Source: a virus
Reading direction: 5' to 3' (one strand)
Length of the DNA: 33,075 nt
Virus record (IMG/VR): IMGVR_UViG_3300043442_000189
Below, piece by piece: positions 27,001-33,075 of this stretch (its first letter is position 1; each line of letters opens with the position of its first letter). The position numbers and the translations under genes were made by a program. The notes beneath the pieces were generated by a model. It did not search any database and was not told the origin of the DNA. It worked only from the letters and a program-made list of their open reading frames with translations.

Positions 27001-30000
27001 TTAGTTTCAGCATTAGTACTATACGACTGTATCTGTCTATTTATATTTCTAATCTCTTCAAGATTATCAGCAATCTCTTTATCACGAGCTTCATAAAGTT
27101 CTTTTATTTCTTTTCGTGCTGCAAATTCTGCATCAAGTTTGCTTTGTATAGATTCAATCTTCTCAATTATAGCATCTAATTCAGCTTGTTTCTTTTCAAT
27201 ATATTTCTTACTATCCTTGATACTCTTACCTGCAGCAAGTCTCTCTTCTTGATCAGCTTTTGCTTTTCTAATTTTCTTGTAGATGACTGATCTCTCTTCT
27301 ACTAGTGGTTCCTTTTCTGCAATTAATGCGTCGATATCCTCACTAGCAACTATTTTAGAAAGTTGTTCATCGTATTTTCTATCAATAGCATCATACTTCT
27401 CCCTAAGAGTTTCTTTTTCATTCTCAAGTATAGCTTCTGACTTCTTTGTCTTAACTGACTTGGTAAGCTCTACCTTCTTTTCATTATAACTTATACTAGG
27501 TACAAGCGTAACAAGCTTGTCGATATCAAAGTCACCACCTGATTTAGCTACTATTTCTAATGGTAAGATCATTATGTTACCCGCATCTTCTGGTAAGAAC
27601 TCATATACTTCCATAAAGTCCATAGAGTTAGTACCCTGTGTCGGAATACGAACACCGAATAGAGTAATCATTTTTCTATTATCTCCAGTGTTTAACCACT
27701 TGTCATTCTTAATCATTTCGTTTAAGCGATCAAGTGTTCCTATCTTTTTACCATCATTATGATCTACATTCAATAACTTCTTAAAGTCACCATGTAAAGC
27801 AATCTTGATCTTCATTCCTGAGATAGGACTCTTTCCGTTCCATTTATAGAATGGTAAACCATCAGTACCATACTTTTTAAGATCTGCTTCTGTGGGTTTA
27901 GAAAACTTCTCAAATCCTACACCGGATCCTTGAATATATTGCTCACCTTTACTCATCTGGTCAATAATTCTCTTATTAACCAATGCGGTAATCAATGATT
28001 CAATCTTAGCAGGATCTGTAGAAATATCTAAAGGAAATAATAATTTACCGTTAGCATCTATTTTAATGAAGTCAATTGACTGCTCGTCTAGATCTTGTGC
28101 TGTAAGACTCTCTTTTACATATTCAACAAGACGCTTATGATTAATTTTACCATTGTGGAAACCTAACTCTTTCTTAAGTTGGTTCTCTGCAATAGTTGTA
28201 ATCTTATTGATATGATTTACATATGTCTTTTCTAGTTCGTAGTAAACAGACTCTTTCTCTTTTTGTTTTTCAGATAAGTCTGCCCATTGTTTTATTCTTT
28301 CAGACTCTGTAAGTCTTGGTCTGAAATCAGTTGGTACACCAAAGTCTCTAAGTCCTGATGTAACTAGCTTTCTTAACTGTGTAGGGAACTTTACATTCTT
28401 CTTAAACTTATCTTTAGTAACAAGCTGTTCTTTTAAGTAATCCAAGAAGATTGTATTCTCAACAAACTTGTAATCTGGTTCAGTAAATGCTGGATCAAAT
28501 TGATCATTCTTATAGAACGGAATCAAATCACCATTAGTACCTATACTAGCAATCTTAGAACCAGAATGCATTACACCGTAAGCAAAACCTTGAGATACCA
28601 AATGATTATGTAACTTCTCAAGTCTCTTACCTTTAATTACATTAGGTATAAGCGGCATTACCGAATACTTGTGGAAAGCATTAGGTGCAAAGTTATCTGT
28701 TAACAGTGGACCAGAGTACTGTAATTTCTTTACGGGGAAGAACTGTAGTGTCTCTGCAAGATCTACATTCTCACCATTTATAATTCTATTGTATAGATCT
28801 TCTTTTTCTGGACTCCAGTTATCAAGTCTGATCTCCAATGCTCTATATGCATCAAATGTCATCCATGCTTGAGCATCTGCTACTTTCATATTCTTGTAAG
28901 CATCGAATGCTTCTTTAGGAATAGGTACAGCAGCAGTTTCATTGTAGTCTTCTAACACACTAATCATTTCATCATAGTACACAGAGTCTGTAAATACATC
29001 TTTGAATACTGCTGTTTTTAGTATAGAACCTTGATACTCTAATGGATTAGATGGTGCTTGAAGACCTGATTGTTGGAACCAAGGTGACGTATGGTAACGA
29101 CCTCCTCTATGTACAAACATATTATCCATAAATACATCTGCAACAGGAATTCTACCTGTAGCAAAGAATCCAGGAATACGTTTCATATGTTCTTCCTTAT
29201 CATGGTTGTTCATAGCAGGGTCACCGTATACAAGAATGTTCATCTCAAACTTGTGGATGAAGCTATTATATACCATAGACTTAACCGCTGTATCAAAGAT
29301 TGTGGACGCTGCTTTACCTTTTAAGTTAGGTAACACGTTAGTAGTCATTGATGCATATACACCGGGTCTTTGTAATACAGGAAACGCGTTTAGTATATCC
29401 TTAGTCTTTGCAATCTCTTCTTCAAAATAGTTATTTAACTGCTCAAGAATTTGTTCTCTTACAGCAAAGTTGTTAGCTAAGAATTGTTTAAAAGAATCCA
29501 AGTCTGTAATAGACTCTTCATTGATTAACATGTTAGCTGTTTCTTCTAGTAAGATGTCGTCAAATACTGTGAAGGTACTTCCTGTATCTTTAAATGTCAC
29601 AGGGTTTCCTTTCTTATCATACCAAAGAATAATATCTTCGGGATTAGTTCCAGTACCGCTGAAGCTTCTAACTTTTTTAATTCTTTCAAGTTCAGAACCT
29701 ACATAGTCAATAATAATATTATTCGCTATGCTCCTACCGTTAGCATTTTCAAACTCTTTAGGATGTACGTAGAATGATGGGTTACCATTATTTGTAAGTG
29801 CTACGATAAAAGCTTGTGTCTTATCAGCGTGTTTATACGCCTCCGCAAATCCTTGCAGGTTATATGTGAAGAAGTCACGCAAATACGCCGTCTGGAAATC
29901 TGATGCAGATGATTTCAATCCTGATAACAAGATTACTGTTTCTACATTATCTTTAATTTGCTTGTCAAGAACTTGTGTTCCTAACTGAGATCTTATTTCA

Positions 30001-33000
30001 AGTTGATAAGGTACACCATTCTTTAATTGGCGCTTACCTAATGTCTCTCCGAACATTCTTTTGAAAATCACTGATGACTTTACAAGAGCATTTCTTTCAG
30101 GATTGTAGTGAGACATATTAGGTTCTGCAATCATTCTATCAAATGCTGCTTGTGTTCCATCTAAACTATCCGTAGAGTCGTTAATTCTATTTATAAGATT
30201 ACCTGCTGTACTAGGGTTAGACATTTCAGATTGTGAGTCGCCGCTAGCATTCTTAATCATGTAATCGTTTACGGTACCAGAATACTTAGATTGTACTTGC
30301 AATAAGTTATTCCAAGGAGTACCTTGATCATAAAACAAACTTGCTTGACCAGATGATTTAAGTCCGGTGATTACTCTATTGTTTTGTTTACCACTTGTAA
30401 CGATGTTGTAGATGTTAGTGATAATATTTCTATCTCTAAGTAATCTTCTAATCTTTACATTCTCAGCAATATCAATACCCAAGTCTCTTAAAAACTCTAC
30501 AGGTTTTTGCAATGCCATTACAGAAGTAGGATACTTTCTAAGTACTCCTTCGAGACTTAATGTGTAAATACCATCTGAGTTTTTAACCAAGAATTGACTT
30601 CTTGTTTTATTTACTTTAAAAGCATCTTCTAGATTTCTACCTGTTAACTTATCAGCACCATCTGACTCACCTACTCTTACTTCTACAGCACTATTGTTTA
30701 CATAACTAATAGTAACCTGATTACCTTCTAGTTTATCAAAACGGAAACTGTGGAAGAAACTATTCCATAGTGATTGATTACTAATATCCGGTGTATTCAA
30801 AGGACCTAGTTTCTGTAGGAGTTGTTGAACAATTAGATATCTGCTGTCAGGTTTACCATTATCAAGAAGCATCTTAGAAGCAAGATCCATATTCTCAAGC
30901 ATCTTAAGACGTGTATATGCATTCTCTGTAGAGGTTGCGATAGCACTGTATGCTTTTCTAAATGGTACTACTTTCTTGAAACCCAAACTGTTATATGCAA
31001 ACTTATCACCGTCTTTTTCAAATAACCCACTCAAAAGAAACATTACAGCGTCGTCCATTCTTTCAATGGTTCCGAACTCAATACCAGCACCCGCCATCAA
31101 TCCTTCTCTATCTGATGCACCTTCTTCAGTGCTAACAGCATCTGTTTGGTTACCGATATTACTTTCTCTATCTAATGCTTTAGATTGCATTGTCATGTCA
31201 AACAATCCATAGCGTTTATTATAATAGTCGATCAAACCGCCAGTAAAAGTTTCAGTGTTACCAAAGTTCATATATGCATACTGTAATAGCTGCATATTCT
31301 TTTCCAACTGTTCTTTTAAGAAACTCTCTGGAGTATTCTCGTATTCAGACTTTACAGCTTTAAGTCTATTAAGTATTGTTTCTTTTGCATCTTCTAATAC
31401 AGCTTTCTTATATGCATTGTTATTGAATAACGCAGATGTTGCTTTTGCTGTACCTCTACTATCTACAATATCAGATATGATTGAGTTAAGTGAGTCTGAT
31501 AACAAAATAGAATCACTAATATTCAAATCTTCAAATCCTTCTGTTGTAGCAATAATACCACTATTCAAAACATTGAATTCCATATTAGCAGCATCCATTG
31601 TATAGTCGGATAAATCACCAACATACAATTTCTCAAATACTTCTGCTACATTACTTTCTGATATAGGTGTAAGGGTACTTTCTCTAGATCCAAATCCAAA
31701 TAATGCTTTTAATGCATCCCATATCTTTCTAAAGATACTCTTTACTTTAGTAGGTTCAGTTTTAGTAAACTTACCACCATTCAATGCAAACTCCCGGAAC
31801 TTCTCAGCAAGATGTTCTTCAGCGTAAAGTCTATGATTCTTATTAGTAAAATCTAAATCAGAAGCACTCATTGACTTCCAACTATTAGTAGAATCATCAT
31901 AGTACTTAATTCTTTCTCCAGAGTTCTTTACAGCATTATATAAATCTAATTTCTCTTTACCTGTTAAGAACCACTGTGTAAATCCGTGCCACGCTTCGTG
32001 ATATAAATCTGAGTAGTCTGATCCTTGAAATAAACTAATACCCGCTCGTGTAAAACGTGCTCTAACGTCACCATTGCTGTTTGCAATTCTAAACATAACA
32101 TGATAAGGAATCACATCTGACATGTTCTTCTCTACAATGTTACCACTAGCATCTTTGAACTTAATCTTAAGATTCTTATACCAAGATTCGGCTTGAACAA
32201 TTTGTGCGGGTGTAGCTTCAATCTCACCTTGACCGCGTCTCTTATAAGTACCGAAGTCAAAATCTTTAGATTTATTTACAGTAATTTCAGAGTTAGTAGG
32301 TAGACTAGATGGAATCTCATCTGCTTTAGTTTCTCTTCCTTTTTCTAATTCAAATGCTTCCCAGTTGAAGTTATTAATCAAATAGTCTAATGCATTAGAA
32401 TGAGCAGGTTCGTTCAACTCTACATAGTAAAGAATATCTTTACCTTTAAGTTTACCTGAAGTAAGTTCTTGTCTGATCCAGTTAGCACGTTCTTTTAACT
32501 TTTCAATTTCTTGAGCAGTCTTTCCGGACTTACTGTAGTCAAAGTTATCATTGGTAACCCAATCTAAATATGTCTTTACAGCATCAACTGTACTAGCAAC
32601 TCTTATTAAATCCGGATTCTTTTTAAGAACACTTTCTGTTGAAGAAAACGGATTACCAAAGTGTTGATTAGTATTATGAATTCTTGTAGCTATTACTCCA
32701 GTAATTGCACCACTCTTATTTGTTTCATAAGCTTCTGTTTTCTTTGATAGTGTTGCCCAAGTCTTTTTCTTTACATTACCTGTAATAGTTTTGTTAGGAT
32801 CTAACTTAGAATACATTCTGTCAACAGGATTATCTCCTATGACTTCCTTAACTTTCTTTGCAGTGCTTAGTGTACGAAGACCGTCGATACCTAATGAGAA
32901 CTTTACATATCCATTTACTTGACGAATCTCTCCATTAAATAATTCTATACTTACTAATGCATTCTCTTTTGCCCAATCAAGATATGGTCTTGTAGATGTA

Positions 33001-33074
33001 GTAATATCCAAAGATCCTTCAGTGTTTGGGGTAAGTGTAAACTCAACAAAGTTACCAGTTGCTCTTTTGTTATT
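24036..33074 (-). CDS. Virion-packaged single-chain RNA polymerase (crAss/phi14:2 gp66-type), 5'-partial, at least 3012 aa
   Basis: Catalytic GGDFDIDK (DFDID at 27519-27533), VRIPTQG, DAQAW, TQLRK and NGYLDVAKD; N-terminal HEAWH. The frame stays open from 33011 to the window edge, so the TTG start in the track is unlikely to be the real start. Confidence 0.92.
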   Translation of the reverse strand, partial: NNKRATGNFVEFTLTPNTEGSLDITTSTRPYLDWAKENALVSIELFNGEIRQVNGYVKFSLGIDGLRTLSTAKKVKEVIGDNPVDRMYSKLDPNKTITGNVKKKTWATLSKKTEAYETNKSGAITGVIATRIHNTNQHFGNPFSSTESVLKKNPDLIRVASTVDAVKTYLDWVTNDNFDYSKSGKTAQEIEKLKERANWIRQELTSGKLKGKDILYYVELNEPAHSNALDYLINNFNWEAFELEKGRETKADEIPSSLPTNSEITVNKSKDFDFGTYKRRGQGEIEATPAQIVQAESWYKNLKIKFKDASGNIVEKNMSDVIPYHVMFRIANSNGDVRARFTRAGISLFQGSDYSDLYHEAWHGFTQWFLTGKEKLDLYNAVKNSGERIKYYDDSTNSWKSMSASDLDFTNKNHRLYAEEHLAEKFREFALNGGKFTKTEPTKVKSIFRKIWDALKALFGFGSRESTLTPISESNVAEVFEKLYVGDLSDYTMDAANMEFNVLNSGIIATTEGFEDLNISDSILLSDSLNSIISDIVDSRGTAKATSALFNNNAYKKAVLEDAKETILNRLKAVKSEYENTPESFLKEQLEKNMQLLQYAYMNFGNTETFTGGLIDYYNKRYGLFDMTMQSKALDRESNIGNQTDAVSTEEGASDREGLMAGAGIEFGTIERMDDAVMFLLSGLFEKDGDKFAYNSLGFKKVVPFRKAYSAIATSTENAYTRLKMLENMDLASKMLLDNGKPDSRYLIVQQLLQKLGPLNTPDISNQSLWNSFFHSFRFDKLEGNQVTISYVNNSAVEVRVGESDGADKLTGRNLEDAFKVNKTRSQFLVKNSDGIYTLSLEGVLRKYPTSVMALQKPVEFLRDLGIDIAENVKIRRLLRDRNIITNIYNIVTSGKQNNRVITGLKSSGQASLFYDQGTPWNNLLQVQSKYSGTVNDYMIKNASGDSQSEMSNPSTAGNLINRINDSTDSLDGTQAAFDRMIAEPNMSHYNPERNALVKSSVIFKRMFGETLGKRQLKNGVPYQLEIRSQLGTQVLDKQIKDNVETVILLSGLKSSASDFQTAYLRDFFTYNLQGFAEAYKHADKTQAFIVALTNNGNPSFYVHPKEFENANGRSIANNIIIDYVGSELERIKKVRSFSGTGTNPEDIILWYDKKGNPVTFKDTGSTFTVFDDILLEETANMLINEESITDLDSFKQFLANNFAVREQILEQLNNYFEEEIAKTKDILNAFPVLQRPGVYASMTTNVLPNLKGKAASTIFDTAVKSMVYNSFIHKFEMNILVYGDPAMNNHDKEEHMKRIPGFFATGRIPVADVFMDNMFVHRGGRYHTSPWFQQSGLQAPSNPLEYQGSILKTAVFKDVFTDSVYYDEMISVLEDYNETAAVPIPKEAFDAYKNMKVADAQAWMTFDAYRALEIRLDNWSPEKEDLYNRIINGENVDLAETLQFFPVKKLQYSGPLLTDNFAPNAFHKYSVMPLIPNVIKGKRLEKLHNHLVSQGFAYGVMHSGSKIASIGTNGDLIPFYKNDQFDPAFTEPDYKFVENTIFLDYLKEQLVTKDKFKKNVKFPTQLRKLVTSGLRDFGVPTDFRPRLTESERIKQWADLSEKQKEKESVYYELEKTYVNHINKITTIAENQLKKELGFHNGKINHKRLVEYVKESLTAQDLDEQSIDFIKIDANGKLLFPLDISTDPAKIESLITALVNKRIIDQMSKGEQYIQGSGVGFEKFSKPTEADLKKYGTDGLPFYKWNGKSPISGMKIKIALHGDFKKLLNVDHNDGKKIGTLDRLNEMIKNDKWLNTGDNRKMITLFGVRIPTQGTNSMDFMEVYEFLPEDAGNIMILPLEIVAKSGGDFDIDKLVTLVPSISYNEKKVELTKSVKTKKSEAILENEKETLREKYDAIDRKYDEQLSKIVASEDIDALIAEKEPLVEERSVIYKKIRKAKADQEERLAAGKSIKDSKKYIEKKQAELDAIIEKIESIQSKLDAEFAARKEIKELYEARDKEIADNLEEIRNINRQIQSYSTNAETNLLLQNMVSIVSRPDNYINLTRPNDTTIFTGEEEDGTPSIKNEFGKYNRKSFKTSRHSSRKFSPTRIMENGYNISKAISLSAGKDGIGMIATGNTFSNLYRSVGMYLANEYDTKLGKVYQRLFLDHNKIGDSISLSHQMSADKKRYTADVISELMNGYLDVAKDDWVYDINAIKEFEPEFEVMILAGVPIRQIVLFLSQPKIREYLEKVRQYGSPYAGLTGGEYIKPSFAKYNALLDMVSPDILARTGKRKPSVELIVAAIQKKRGEIPSDFSIPVEDLYANLEGKIDINDLIFEHFVEIQLMSKANSEVKRSLNFDTDKARTYFDAVAKQQGSRGISAKVPKEMVDKLLKSTILGSFMKQDLIRQSLSAVLPLRSSVYLNEFLLEHLDKLDMDMDMEEKYVSAFTSDLNQYIFENFLYRHNTNDDTYRTNDVEVDIENQEVLKFGAFLNVDADGKPTLLVDKKSLKEQYDLRLFSGLEYKSTKKLEVLSARSPYNPKNAVLAPLPENTFSSYGDRGFELYYKFVLERETLRGMYPYSETVQSKEFIEFLKIIGDNKNMPMRYEEFLRNKALDNLYIDTSIFAGDNKQNLVGTHRKLEHFLIENPGLVSNYPVLELLARKIVGNKTFLRLITQEKDGQLRTSYKDQMLQLADPGVSKVKDKELNTVISAFFERLPTIGFIQGGNNARSGLYVMSVFTMDNIAPFIVQNLDQYIKVFNTNKEQTDSILNRFARRFDVKFNGDRNMYVSYVADAAVSAFNKETINTDILQEQNAAFVNMETGEIESVRVYNEEVMKFTTNEFDAVSEENPDSVFVFDDQYPIGTKVNKTPTNGSRKAFRKGLDKGRSYGIQLQLPSGQNPSAEEFEKYKEVLDQQIDELARLKNSGKTIVFPSRGMGLELIGFSLQNGKYAPNNQLKKSVNLYVHLSKRLLKEFGYINPMFDLISKGFSTELLEGATTGLDYIQQTLMESGVKQRVSDNTVLEYIKNCKG

Positions 33075-33075
33075 A

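Larger units (their letters stand above)
1..33075. mobile_element. Fragment of a crAss-like (Crassvirales-type) phage genome, probable Bacteroidota host
   Basis: Giant virion RNAP with a DFDID motif followed by a second giant virion protein; crAss-type primase and PolB; convergent replication and structural blocks; dense AT-rich coding; A-rich leaders without obvious Shine-Dalgarno sites; no host housekeeping genes. Confidence 0.9.

Noticed and set aside
16290-31605. Plus-strand ORFs in the track within the structural block (for example 24456..24878, 31255..31605)
   Set aside because: They are antisense to motif-bearing genes and show the S/F/I-rich composition typical of reverse-complement frames.
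33009-33011. TTG start of the vRNAP given in the ORF track
   Set aside because: The frame remains open to the window edge, so the gene most likely starts outside the window.
1-33075. Stop-codon reassignment (TAG or TGA), which occurs in some crAss-like phages
   Set aside because: ORFs of 2103 and at least 3012 aa are uninterrupted in code 11, coding density is near complete, and TGA and TAG both terminate plausible genes.

Overview
This is a roughly 33-kb fragment of a crAss-like (Crassvirales-type) dsDNA phage, probably infecting Bacteroidota. It reads cleanly in the standard genetic code and has two convergent gene blocks that meet at overlapping stop codons (14851-14854). The plus strand (1-14854) carries replication and accessory genes: an AAA_24/Sak4-like ATPase, a putative SSB, a DnaG-like primase, a GIY-YIG nuclease, a DUF6878/DUF6915-like pair, an HExxH-VWA protein with a MoxR-like AAA+ ATPase, a PD-(D/E)XK exonuclease, a family B DNA polymerase, a DUF932-like protein and two all-alpha NTP pyrophosphatase-like proteins. 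The minus strand (33075-14851) carries a 5'-truncated virion RNA polymerase of at least 3012 aa (DFDID motif), a 2103-aa polyvalent virion/ejection protein, two small paralogues with a shared N-terminus, a lysis cassette and three small ORFs missing from the supplied track. Four observations stand out. (1) The two giant virion proteins hold only two cysteines in about 5100 visible residues, one at the C-terminal tip of the vRNAP and one at residue 4 of the next protein, which suggests head-to-tail disulfide chaining of the ejected cargo. (2) The VWA-peptidase/MoxR pair is flanked by three paralogues that share an ungapped 46-aa helical motif, two of them also BRCT-like. (3) A tandem ADP-ribosyltransferase-like cassette sits in the ejected protein. 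(4) An unannotated 51-aa peptide ends in an RNR-like CxxC tail. All family names come from motif recognition by eye, not from database searches.
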